Origin: an uncultured Elusimicrobium sp. | GTDB taxonomy: Bacteria; Elusimicrobiota; Elusimicrobia; Elusimicrobiales; Elusimicrobiaceae | Direction: 5' to 3' | Assembly: GCA_902787065.1 (NCBI GenBank) | Contig: CADAFA010000001.1 | Location: 1-58,511 of the forward strand | DNA: 58,511 bases | Notes under the pieces: model-generated | Told to the model about the DNA's origin: nothing | Seen by the model: only the letters and a program-made list of their open reading frames with translations | Database searches by the model: none | Made by a program: the position numbers and the translations under genes | Shown: positions 18,015-26,837 of the stretch, in pieces | Position numbering within the stretch: the first letter of the stretch is position 1 | Layout of the letters: every line of letters begins with the position of its first letter

Positions 18015-18746
18015 ATGGAATTTGCACGTTCAATCGTTAAAGACCTAAATAAATTATTGCAAATTGACCTAACCCCCGAACAAAACGGCCTTCAAGTTGA
18101 AGGAACAAAGGAAATCAAAAAAATTATTTTTGGGGTTTCGGCCAATATGACCTTATTTGAAGAAGCCGTCAAAAAAGGTGCACAGATGGTTATAGTTCAT
18201 CATGGCTTGCTTTGGGGACATGAGCAAAAAATTACAGGTATTTTTGGGGCGCGTATCAGATTTTTAATAAAAAACGATTTAAATCTTGTTGCCTATCATT
18301 TACCATTAGATAAACATCCTGTCTTGGGCAATAATGCCGGGCTTGCTAAATTGCTGGGTTTAAAAAATTTAAAACCTTTTGGAACTTACAAAGGTTTAAA
18401 AATCGGTTTCAAAGGTACTTTAGCAAAGGCCAAAAGTTTTGAAAATATTTTTAAAATACTCGGCGGTGAAGGTTTGAATTTCGGACCAAAACAAATAAAA
18501 ACGGTTGCCCTAGTCAGCGGGGGCGCCCATGATATGCTTGAAGAAGCTATTCAAGAAAAAGCGGACCTTTATATCTGCGGATCACGTGACGAATACGTAC
18601 AAGAACTTGCAAGAGAAGGTAAAATAAATTTTATAGCGATGGGGCATTATAATTCTGAAAAACTAGGAATTTTGGCGCTTAAAAACTACATAGATAAAAA
18701 GTACAAAGTAAGCACAGAATTTATAGATATTAAAAACCCCTTCTAG
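18015..18746 (+). CDS. NIF3-family dinuclear metal-centre protein (GTP cyclohydrolase 1 type 2 homolog)
   Basis: VHHGLLW, AYHLPLD and C-terminal MGHYNSE motifs. Confidence 0.85.
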   Translation: MEFARSIVKDLNKLLQIDLTPEQNGLQVEGTKEIKKIIFGVSANMTLFEEAVKKGAQMVIVHHGLLWGHEQKITGIFGARIRFLIKNDLNLVAYHLPLDKHPVLGNNAGLAKLLGLKNLKPFGTYKGLKIGFKGTLAKAKSFENIFKILGGEGLNFGPKQIKTVALVSGGAHDMLEEAIQEKADLYICGSRDEYVQELAREGKINFIAMGHYNSEKLGILALKNYIDKKYKVSTEFIDIKNPF

Positions 18747-18761
18747 GAGAATAATTAGTAT

Positions 18762-19994
18762 ATGGAAAAAATGTTTGATAATATAAGCAAAATGAAAGGC
18801 TATGCCTTGGAACTTCAAAAGAATATGACTTGCCGCCCGGCAATTTCCCCAAGTGTAGGCGGGAAGGGCGAATATCAAAAAGCTTTATATCTTGAAGGTG
18901 AATTAAATAAAATTAAATTTGATGAATTATTTCATGTTGATGCCCCAGATACCACTGCAGAAGGTAATATACGCCCCAATATTATTGCAAAATATTACGG
19001 TGAAAATAAAAATAAAACTTTATGGCTTATGGCACACATGGATGTTGTTGCAGCTGGGGATTTGTCTTTATGGAAAACTAACCCCTTTGAACTCGCTTTA
19101 GATAAAGATAAAGATACTATTTACGGCCGCGGTGTTGAAGATAACCAACAGGCAATTGTCGCAGCAATACTAACGGCAAAAACCATCACGGAAAGCGGTA
19201 AACGCCCACCGATAAACTTGGGCCTTATGCTTTTAAGTGATGAAGAAGAAGGTAATGAATATGGCCTTGAATATTTGCTTAAACAAAGGCCTGATGTTTT
19301 TGGAAAAGATGATCTTTTCATAATTCAAGACTGCGGTGATCCGGAAGGCCGTGAAATTGAAATTGCGGAAAAAAACACTTTGTGGTTTAAATTTACAATT
19401 ACAGGCAAACAATGCCATGCTTCCATACCGGACATGGGTATAAATGCTTTTGAAGCTTCGGCGAATTTAGCTGTCCGCTTAACCAAAGGGCTTAGGGAAA
19501 AGTTTAACAAACAAGACCCTTTATTTTCCCCAAATGTAAGCACCTTTGAATTAACAAAAAAGGAAGCAAATGTCCCAAATGTAAATATCATCCCCGGGAC
19601 AGATGTTTTCTATATGGACTGCCGCACCTTTCCCTACTTTTCAAAAGAAGAAGTAATGGAAGAAATTGAAAAGATTTCAAATACCATAGAAAATGACTTT
19701 AAAGTAAAAGTCACTTATGAAAAGGTGATGGATATATCCTCTAAAGCAACCCCACAGGATTCACCTTTAGTAAAAGCTTATGCAGAAGCTGTAAGAGCAG
19801 TAAATAAAGTTGAACCTAAAGTTATCGGTGTAGGCGGAGGAACTTTTGCCGCTGATATCAGAAACTTGGGTTTACCGGCAGTGGTAGGTTCAAAAATGTA
19901 CAGTAACCCCCACGGCCCGAACGAAAGAACGCGTTTGAGTTTTGTACTGGACGATGTTAAATTGCTCGTCTACGTATTAACGCATTTAAAATAA
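18762..19994 (+). CDS. M20-family metallohydrolase (ArgE/DapE-like)
   Basis: AHMDVV, GRGVEDNQ and SDEEEG metal-ligand motifs. 410 aa. Confidence 0.75.
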   Translation: MEKMFDNISKMKGYALELQKNMTCRPAISPSVGGKGEYQKALYLEGELNKIKFDELFHVDAPDTTAEGNIRPNIIAKYYGENKNKTLWLMAHMDVVAAGDLSLWKTNPFELALDKDKDTIYGRGVEDNQQAIVAAILTAKTITESGKRPPINLGLMLLSDEEEGNEYGLEYLLKQRPDVFGKDDLFIIQDCGDPEGREIEIAEKNTLWFKFTITGKQCHASIPDMGINAFEASANLAVRLTKGLREKFNKQDPLFSPNVSTFELTKKEANVPNVNIIPGTDVFYMDCRTFPYFSKEEVMEEIEKISNTIENDFKVKVTYEKVMDISSKATPQDSPLVKAYAEAVRAVNKVEPKVIGVGGGTFAADIRNLGLPAVVGSKMYSNPHGPNERTRLSFVLDDVKLLVYVLTHLK

Positions 19995-19995
19995 T

Positions 19996-20382
19996 ATGAT
20001 AAAAAATAAGAGCCCCTTTGCCAGGGAAATAGTAGTAACGGTTTTTTTGATTATTTTACTTTCTGTTTTGTGTGTTAAGAAAATTAAAGATTTAAAATTT
20101 CTTGCACAAGAAAGTATCTCACAAAAAAATGAGCAAATTATACGGGAAGCTCTAGCAGTATACCGCGGTGATAACGAAGGCCTTTGCCCTATACACTTAG
20201 AAGCTCTGAAGGGTGACTATTTGGATGTTTTGCCCCCGTATTACTATAAAGGGCAGGCAAGTGATAAGGTCAAAGAAGGTTCAAGCTATCAGGAAATTTT
20301 TGACGGAACGGGCGGATGGCTTTATATCAATAATAAATCTGATAAAGATTATTGCGAAGTATACCCCAATGCGGAAGATTAA
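19996..20382 (+). CDS. Atypical pilin-like protein with non-canonical leader
   Basis: N-terminal hydrophobic helix (FAREIVVTVFLIILLSVL) but no G-F-T-L-x-E motif. The body ALAVYRGDNEGLCPIHLEALKGDYLDVLPP resembles the GspG/pseudopilin core (Y.ld.g.yP..l.aL...yl...P). Two Cys. Immediately upstream of the prepilin peptidase. Confidence 0.4.
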   Translation: MIKNKSPFAREIVVTVFLIILLSVLCVKKIKDLKFLAQESISQKNEQIIREALAVYRGDNEGLCPIHLEALKGDYLDVLPPYYYKGQASDKVKEGSSYQEIFDGTGGWLYINNKSDKDYCEVYPNAED

Positions 20383-20389
20383 TTAGTTT

Positions 20390-21166
20390 ATGGAATCATT
20401 ATTTGTTTATATTTTAAGTCTAATTTTAGGTGCAATGGTAGGCAGTTTTTTGAATGTCTGTATTTATAGAATACCGGAAAATGTTTCGCTTTGGTGGCCA
20501 CCATCAACTTGCCCGAAGTGCAAAACAAGAATCAAATTCTACGACAATATTCCTGTATTAAGTTATTTAATTTTACGCGGCAAATGCAGGAATTGCAAAG
20601 CAGGAATTTCTGCCCAATATCCGCTTATTGAGGCTACAACATCTCTTTTAACCTTATTTGTAGTTTACAAACTCGGTTTAACTTATTGGACGGCAATTAC
20701 CCTGCTTGTGACTTATTCTTTAATAGTTTTATCTATGATAGATTTCAGACTTTATATTATACCGGATAGGTTTTCAATAGGTTTGACTGTTTTAGGGCTT
20801 GTGGTGTTTTTTATTAACCCTGCCTTCAGCGGAAATCTAACGGCAAAATTTTTACAATGTTTGACCGGCGGTGCTGTGGGATTCTTCGGTCTTTGGGGTA
20901 TGGCAATAATAGGCAGTTTGCTATTCAAAAAAGAAGCCATGGGTGGCGGAGATATTAAATTAATTGCAGCCGTAGGCACTTTAACAGGGGTTAGCGGTGT
21001 TATTTCAACTTTAATTATTGCTTCTTTTCTTGGTTTAGTTTATTATGCTGTTTTGTTTATTTTAAAGAAAAACCCTCAAAACAAAACTATCCCTTTCGGA
21101 CCTTTTATAAGTATAGGGCTTTTTATAAATATATTATTCCCCAATAATTTGCTATTATTATATTAA
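20390..21166 (+). CDS. pilD: Prepilin peptidase (A24 family, PilD/GspO)
   Basis: Zn-finger-like CPKCKTRI...CRNCK, YPLIE, two catalytic Asp regions including GGGDIKL. Polytopic membrane protein. Confidence 0.9.
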   Translation: MESLFVYILSLILGAMVGSFLNVCIYRIPENVSLWWPPSTCPKCKTRIKFYDNIPVLSYLILRGKCRNCKAGISAQYPLIEATTSLLTLFVVYKLGLTYWTAITLLVTYSLIVLSMIDFRLYIIPDRFSIGLTVLGLVVFFINPAFSGNLTAKFLQCLTGGAVGFFGLWGMAIIGSLLFKKEAMGGGDIKLIAAVGTLTGVSGVISTLIIASFLGLVYYAVLFILKKNPQNKTIPFGPFISIGLFINILFPNNLLLLY

Positions 21167-21171
21167 TAGCT

Positions 21172-21969
21172 ATGCGAAAAACATTAATACTGTCTTTAAT
21201 TTTATTTTTAAGTTCCTTCACTTGGGGGCAAAAAGTCCAAGTATTAAGCGGGGTTACACCCCCTAAAAAAAAGGAAATTGCCCTTTATCCGACACCATCA
21301 AAACTTGAAATAGATGATGAAATGTTGCCTACATCAGCTGATTATTACCTCTTTGAAGTTTGTGTTATAGGGCAAGAAGAAATAAAAGTCCCAGTTCAAC
21401 AACAATTGCCTGCACAAAGAAATACAAAAGCAATTCCCCAACAATATAAAATAAAAAATTATAGGCCTATAAGAAGGTGTAAATACTATGAAGGAACAAA
21501 TACCCCTTTAGATAAACGCCGCATGATGACCGCTGCCGCACAAGAAATACATGTACCTAATGGAAGAACCATAGAAATAAATATAAAAGCCTATTTAGGT
21601 AACCCTCATGCTAGTTTTGTCGTTATTGATAAAGCCGCTATGCCTTACACTTTACCTTATGAGGAAATGTCAAAAGGCAGTGTGCTTAAAAAAATTTTAG
21701 CAGGTGAAGATAAAATTGCCAAATTTTACAGTTTTAATTTACCTGCTTCCATATACTTAAATTCTATAGTACAAAAGCGTTTATACAGGAATTTACCAAT
21801 CCGGATAAGTTTTTACGAAGAAACTTTAGGCAACGGGCAAGCCAGAACTTTTATAGTTTTTGTTTTTAATGAAGCTGAAAAATATACTTATAAGCCTGTC
21901 GCAAATGAAATTGTAAGCGACAAAGTTTATGATATCACCCCTGACTTTGCAGTTCAGTATTTAAAATAA
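21172..21969 (+). CDS. Hypothetical secreted protein
   Basis: Signal peptide MRKTLILSLILFLSSFTWGQ. 5-nt gap after pilD. No recognisable motif. Confidence 0.55.
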   Translation: MRKTLILSLILFLSSFTWGQKVQVLSGVTPPKKKEIALYPTPSKLEIDDEMLPTSADYYLFEVCVIGQEEIKVPVQQQLPAQRNTKAIPQQYKIKNYRPIRRCKYYEGTNTPLDKRRMMTAAAQEIHVPNGRTIEINIKAYLGNPHASFVVIDKAAMPYTLPYEEMSKGSVLKKILAGEDKIAKFYSFNLPASIYLNSIVQKRLYRNLPIRISFYEETLGNGQARTFIVFVFNEAEKYTYKPVANEIVSDKVYDITPDFAVQYLK

Positions 21970-22139
21970 AATATTTAGTTATTAGGGGCAACCCCTTTAG
22001 CGCTGTTGTTTCTTTAAACAAGAGCAAAGAAAAACATATAAGAGCTTTTATTTATATAGAAGATACCAAATATAAACGGAAGCCCCCCTTATAATCTTTT
22101 CACCCAAAAACAGGAACGTTCCATATTTATAAACAAAAT

Positions 22140-22815
22140 AAATATCCCCCGGCGAAGCCGGGGGTTTTTCATATGCGGGCATAGCCCTATATTACTAGTC
22201 CTCTGCAAATGCAGCCGCAACCGCTCTATTTCTTGCGTATCTGCTCTAATCCATCGTAAAACGGTAATACGCTTTCTAGCTTATCTGTCTTTAATTGATT
22301 GCTGATGTAATCTGCTATCTTTTGCGTGTTCTTTCCCACCGTATCCACATAGTAACCTCGACACCAAAAATTTTTATTGCCATATTTGAACTTTAAGTTC
22401 CCAAACTTCTCATACATCATCAAGCTACTCTTTCCTTTTAAATACCCCATAAATCCTGCTACACTTATCTTCGGGGGTATCTTTACTAACATGTGTATAT
22501 GATCGGGACAGGTCTCCGCTTCTAGTATTTGCACCTCTTTCCACTCACATAGTTGCCTTAGTATCCTGCCTATTTCTTTTTGCTTGTCTTTATATAGTAT
22601 TTGTCTTCTGTATTTCGGTGCAAATACTATGTGATACTTGCAATTCCATTTCGTATGTGCTAATTTATTTATATCCTTATCCATAGTAAGGACCTCCTTG
22701 TGCTTTAAATTACCTGCTGTCACAGGTAATTTAATTATAGCACAAGGAGTTTTCTTGTGTTAGGCATAGGTGGAACCCTTTTATCGACTCCCCGGCGTAG
22801 CCGGGGGTTTATTTT
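22140..22815 (-). mobile_element. IS200-type insertion sequence (IS200/IS605 family, tnpA only). Boundaries approximate.
   Basis: About 680 bp. Near-identical subterminal hairpins CCCCCGGC-GAA-GCCGGGGG (22146-22164) and TCCCCGGC-GTA-GCCGGGGG (22789-22807). A 23-bp composite stem 22694-22749 buries the tnpA SD (AAGGAGG). Y1 transposase inside. Confidence 0.8.
22226..22684 (-). CDS. tnpA: IS200/IS605-family Y1 (HUH) transposase TnpA
   Basis: KYHIVFAPKYRR, HUH motif DHIHMLV, catalytic Tyr region IADYISNQ. ATG at 22684 with AAGGAGG RBS. The ORF-track start at 22723 lies inside the hairpin. Confidence 0.9.
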   Translation of the reverse strand: MDKDINKLAHTKWNCKYHIVFAPKYRRQILYKDKQKEIGRILRQLCEWKEVQILEAETCPDHIHMLVKIPPKISVAGFMGYLKGKSSLMMYEKFGNLKFKYGNKNFWCRGYYVDTVGKNTQKIADYISNQLKTDKLESVLPFYDGLEQIRKK

Positions 22816-22856
22816 TACAACAAATAAAATCCCCGAGTTTAAAACCCGGGGATTTT
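22815..22856 (-). terminator. Rho-independent terminator of the giant pilin gene
   Basis: 10-bp stem AAAATCCCCG/CGGGGATTTT (22826-35/22847-56), followed on the minus strand by ATTTGTTGT. Confidence 0.55.
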
Positions 22857-22899
22857 GACATGTCAGTAATTTGTTTTATCGACCTACGCTATCTGCAAA

Positions 22900-25761
22900 T
22901 TACCAAGGAACTTCTGTACACCTAAAGGCCAAACTTGAAATATGTGTACAATATTTCTTAGGAATAATACTACCACAAGTGTCCCATTGAGTAGCTGGAG
23001 GAACCGGCGAATTCATGTTCCAATTCCCATTTATAGGAATACCTACTCTAGTTGGATTGGTTGTAGTGCGACAATAGCCGGTAACGGTTTGCTGATTACT
23101 AGGACTATAGTTATTTATTGTTGTAATAGAAGTATCACTACAATAAGAATCGCTACAGTGTGGATTATTGTACCCTTGCCCGCTACTTCCGCAAGTTACA
23201 AGTCTACTAAAAGCACAACCGGTATCCGAAGGTATATATTCAAAATAAGCAGAAAATGTAGTAGTTTGATAACACTTCTTCTTCGCATTGTTATACACTG
23301 TGCCTTGCGGACAGCTGACTAATTGACAGTTCTTACAATTTATGCCATCTGATGTCGGATATTGAGCAAGGGCATTTGAACACTGTGCCCCGGGCCTTAA
23401 AAGAACAACCTGATTATCATATTGCCATGTCCAAGTTCCATCCTGATTTTCCTTGCATTTATGTTCGTACATACTGCAAGAATCCGGCCCTATAACAGAG
23501 AGATTATCCACCCCGCACATAGCATCGGTATAACACTGTGACCAACGGCAGCTTTCGCACCTTTGGAAACCTGTCAATCCATTTAAAGAGCAGGAGTGAG
23601 GTTGTTCAACATTTTCACAATTATTTCCTAAATGCCATTCCGCTATACCATTAGAAGTTGGCGGGTTATACATATCAGAACCCGATAACCATTGTGTATA
23701 TCCTTCTTGGGCCCAACATTCAGATTTATATGTAGCACACCCACTGTCATAATCAGCAGGTTTTGCTGAAGCATCACATAAAGACCACGGCGACCACTTA
23801 CACTCCTGGCAGACCCTATTCAATAAAGGTAGCCATATAGGTGGGGCAGTTGGGTCATTTGAATTTGGAACATAGTTCCAATTAGGGGGGAGAGGGATTT
23901 GTCCGCCACCTCCGCCACCTCCGCCAGCACCACCGCCAGCACCGCCGCCACCGGATTGACCGCCACCCGACTGACAGTACACTATATTAGGGCCGCATAT
24001 ACCGGATAAGCAAGAGTAACATTGATTACCTCTACACACATCCGGCTCATACCCACCTGAGAAAATCCCACAGCCAATACAATCAGCTGCACAAGTACCT
24101 TCTGCGTCTGAGTAAGAACAGCAGTTGTCACCTGAACCCCTGCCCCCTGTATTTTGCGAGGTACCGTCATTACAATCGCCAGAATAGCAATATTCCCTTA
24201 AACCGTTTTGTTCACAATTATACCAAGGGTGTAAAAATTCAATTTCCTCAGTATACTGCCAATGCCAATTGCCATCGCTATCTTTTACACATTCTTGTTT
24301 CTTTTTTTGACAATCGCCAACTTGTGCCGCGGGAAGCATTGTATTAGGGTCGCAATTTTGATTTGGATCAGGGAAACAATCTTTTGACCATTGACAGTCG
24401 TCTTGGCAAATTTTAACGAAACCATTTGTGCATCCTTCTTCTTTAGTTTGGCCGGTAAAGCAAGCACTTCCACTCTTAAGTTTGCAAGCAGTAATTAAAT
24501 CTACACCGGAATAACTATCATTTAACTCGCAGCTGGAAAATACCTTAGAACCGCAAGTATTGCCGGGAGTGGCAATAGAATATAAATCCGTACCGTCACA
24601 ATCTTGTCCTATATCCCCGTTAACCTCTATACATTCATTGTTATTGGCGCAGTACCACTGGCCGGTAGTGCCGTTACATTCAACCGTATTATCTTCTGTA
24701 CTCCTATAACCGCAACATTGCTGGGAAGACGGGGGAGTACTTCCTCTTGTTCCGGAAATATCATTTGAACAAGGATTACATACCTCTATGGGATGTGCAT
24801 TTGCCATACAAATTTCGCTAACACTCGGTTTTGGAAGGCTGCAACTCTTATCACATTCACAAGTTTTTTCATTAAGTTTAGTTCCTGTAGGGCATTCCTT
24901 TGGACGGCACTCAGTTTTGCCTGATAATTGCCAAAAGCCGGAAGTACATATCCTTTCCTGCCACTCTACCCCACATACTAAATTTATAATTGGAAGAAGG
25001 GAACCAGGATCTATACCTCTGCCGCGTTTACCACTGCCTTGTTTACCACAAGCATTATTTGTTTGTATCCACTCTGTTGCACCTTCTACGGAACATGGCT
25101 GATTACCACCTATACATTCACAGTTCTCCTCGTTAAGCATACCACCGCTTGCCTGGCAAGAATTGTACATATCACAAGGACATTTTTTGCATTCACAGGT
25201 AGAACAGAGGAAGCCAAAACCGTTACCAAATTGCTGGGCGCATATATCCTCATTTAATTCGCAGGGCTCTTGGTCGTTGGGACACAATTCAGCCAAATTA
25301 TCTACAGGGGAGACAAAGTCTTTTATCTCCTCGCAAAAGGGGCCGCTGCATTGTACTTTATCATGAGTCTTATAGTTTTTTACCAAAGTATAATCACTAC
25401 CGCTAATATTAGATACTGCTTGTATACAGTGCTGGGTAGGTACTTTCTTATATGTGAAATTGGCAGTTACTAAATTTTCATAAACCACCCCCTCAACGGT
25501 TACTTTTTTCTTTATAGGGGCATTTAAAGCGGCTAAACTTGCTGAATATCTGTTGTGCTGTATAAAATATTTTTCTTGTGCGCCGGCTAACATATCAAGA
25601 ACATGTAACCCATCGGCGACACGGCTTCTCTTTATCACTTTGTTATAGGTTGGCACAGCAATTGCTGCCAATACAACTAAAATAATGAGCACCACCAAAA
25701 CTTCAAAAAGGGTATAACCTTTTTTTCGTTTAAACTTAAATTTGCTAAATAATTTGTTCAT
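22900..25761 (-). CDS. Giant modular type IV pilin-like protein: prepilin N-terminus plus about 900-aa Cys-rich extracellular region with a poly-Gly hinge
   Basis: Leader MNKLFSKFKFKRKKG / YTLFEVLVVLIILVVLAAIAVPTY (Gly-1, Glu+5). About 82 Cys by hand count. Repeated modules (CQKKKQECVKDSDGNWHWQYTEEIEFLHPWYNC vs CSMYEHKCKENQDGTWTWQYDNQVVLLRPGAQC; CQDDCQWSKDC / CQECKWSPWSLC / CESCRWSQC). GGGQSGGGGAGGGAGGGGGGGG tract. Confidence 0.8.
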   Translation of the reverse strand: MNKLFSKFKFKRKKGYTLFEVLVVLIILVVLAAIAVPTYNKVIKRSRVADGLHVLDMLAGAQEKYFIQHNRYSASLAALNAPIKKKVTVEGVVYENLVTANFTYKKVPTQHCIQAVSNISGSDYTLVKNYKTHDKVQCSGPFCEEIKDFVSPVDNLAELCPNDQEPCELNEDICAQQFGNGFGFLCSTCECKKCPCDMYNSCQASGGMLNEENCECIGGNQPCSVEGATEWIQTNNACGKQGSGKRGRGIDPGSLLPIINLVCGVEWQERICTSGFWQLSGKTECRPKECPTGTKLNEKTCECDKSCSLPKPSVSEICMANAHPIEVCNPCSNDISGTRGSTPPSSQQCCGYRSTEDNTVECNGTTGQWYCANNNECIEVNGDIGQDCDGTDLYSIATPGNTCGSKVFSSCELNDSYSGVDLITACKLKSGSACFTGQTKEEGCTNGFVKICQDDCQWSKDCFPDPNQNCDPNTMLPAAQVGDCQKKKQECVKDSDGNWHWQYTEEIEFLHPWYNCEQNGLREYCYSGDCNDGTSQNTGGRGSGDNCCSYSDAEGTCAADCIGCGIFSGGYEPDVCRGNQCYSCLSGICGPNIVYCQSGGGQSGGGGAGGGAGGGGGGGGQIPLPPNWNYVPNSNDPTAPPIWLPLLNRVCQECKWSPWSLCDASAKPADYDSGCATYKSECWAQEGYTQWLSGSDMYNPPTSNGIAEWHLGNNCENVEQPHSCSLNGLTGFQRCESCRWSQCYTDAMCGVDNLSVIGPDSCSMYEHKCKENQDGTWTWQYDNQVVLLRPGAQCSNALAQYPTSDGINCKNCQLVSCPQGTVYNNAKKKCYQTTTFSAYFEYIPSDTGCAFSRLVTCGSSGQGYNNPHCSDSYCSDTSITTINNYSPSNQQTVTGYCRTTTNPTRVGIPINGNWNMNSPVPPATQWDTCGSIIPKKYCTHISSLAFRCTEVPW
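23902..23967 (-). repeat. In-frame GGN low-complexity tract with 9-nt and 12-nt tandem duplications (encodes the poly-Gly hinge)
   Basis: Plus strand TCCGCCACC TCCGCCACC TCCGCCAGCACC ACCGCCAGCACC GCCGCCACC. Confidence 0.8.
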
Positions 25762-25795
25762 ATCTTCTCCGGTAATTATATGGGCCTACTTTATT

Positions 25796-25824
25796 ATTAT
25801 AACTAGTTTTTACCTAGTTTGCAA
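25796..25824 (-). promoter_or_regulatory. Near-consensus sigma70 promoter of the giant pilin gene
   Basis: Minus strand TTGCAA (25824-25819), 17-nt spacer ACTAGGTAAAAACTAGT (itself an inverted repeat), TATAAT (25801-25796). GGAGAAG RBS before the ATG at 25761. Confidence 0.6.
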
Positions 25825-26020
25825 GAGAATATTGAGGAGTAAAATAAGCCAAAATAAGTGCAATACTTGGCAAGTATTTTTGAGAAAATTTTATTTTTAT
25901 ATACGACGACAAGTACAACGTGGAGCGAAGTGACATCTTGCTACTTTAGGAGCAGAAAAACTAAAATTTACAAAAAAGAATTAGACGGCAAAGAATAAAA
26001 AACGTAAATTTCCATATTTT

Positions 26021-26050
26021 TTGCAAAATGGGGAAATAATTTGCTATAAT
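26021..26050 (+). promoter_or_regulatory. Promoter of the infC-rpmI-rplT operon
   Basis: TTGCAA 26021-26026, 18-nt spacer, extended -10 TGCTATAAT 26042-26050. Confidence 0.6.
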
Positions 26051-26076
26051 GTATATGTCCTTAAAGGACTTGTATA

Positions 26077-26613
26077 ATGGTAAATCAAAATTACACAAGA
26101 AGCAGTAAAGATCTTTTAAGAAAGAATGAACAAATTCGCGCGCCGCAGGTACGTTTGATAGGATCTGACGGCACAATGCTTGGGATAATGAGTTCCTCAG
26201 AAGCCCTGTATAAAGCGAAACAAGAAGCGCTTGACTTGGTGGAAATTTCACCAAATGCTCAGCCGCCTGTTTGTAAGATACTTAACTACTCCAAGTATCT
26301 ATATGAACTAGGCAAAAAGAGTAAAGACGCGAAAAAGAAACAAAAGGCAGTATCTCTTAAAGAAATTCGCCTGAAATCCAGAATCGCGCCACACGACTTA
26401 GAAGTCAAAGTTAAGCAAATTGAAGGATTTCTTAAAAAGAAAGACATGGTCCGCGTGTCCGTTGTGTTCTACGGGCGTGAGAACCAGCACAAAGACATTG
26501 GTACGACAATGCTTGAAGATATGAAAAATAAATTAGCGGAAATCGCCAATGTTGAAGGCAATATGCAAGCACAAGGGAACAGAATATCAGTAACTTTCGT
26601 CCCTAAAAATTAA
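26077..26613 (+). CDS. infC: Translation initiation factor IF-3
   Basis: NEQIRAPQVRLIGSDGTMLGIMSSSEALYKAKQEALDLVEISPNAQPPVCKILNYSKY. Followed by rpmI and rplT. Confidence 0.9.
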   Translation: MVNQNYTRSSKDLLRKNEQIRAPQVRLIGSDGTMLGIMSSSEALYKAKQEALDLVEISPNAQPPVCKILNYSKYLYELGKKSKDAKKKQKAVSLKEIRLKSRIAPHDLEVKVKQIEGFLKKKDMVRVSVVFYGRENQHKDIGTTMLEDMKNKLAEIANVEGNMQAQGNRISVTFVPKN

Positions 26614-26622
26614 AGAGGTATT

Positions 26623-26826
26623 ATGCCAAAACTTAAAAATCATGCCGGTGCAAAAAAGCGTTTTAGAAAAACCGCGACCGGTAAATATAAAAACAGAAAA
26701 GCCGGAAGAAGGCACTTGCTCGCCCCTGAAAAGGCAAGCATTAAACGCGAAAGGCGTCAAGCCCGCATAACTGCGGCAAATTCACCGGAAGGTAAATTGC
26801 TTAAAAAATACCTTCCCATGCAATAG
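26623..26826 (+). CDS. rpmI: 50S ribosomal protein L35
   Basis: [33 protein letters not shown] signature. 67 aa. Confidence 0.95.
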   Translation: MPKLKNHAGAKKRFRKTATGKYKNRKAGRRHLLAPEKASIKRERRQARITAANSPEGKLLKKYLPMQ

Positions 26827-26837
26827 GAGGTTAATGT

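Noticed and set aside
22942-25473. Several plus-strand ORFs (60-126 aa) across the giant pilin gene
   Set aside because: All are antisense to a single uninterrupted 953-codon frame that has a prepilin N-terminus, promoter, RBS and terminator.
25742-26254. ORFs 25742-25933 (+) and 25961-26254 (-) in the pilin/infC divergent region
   Set aside because: They cover two good promoters and the infC 5' end. They have no RBS and their sequence is low-complexity and AT-rich.
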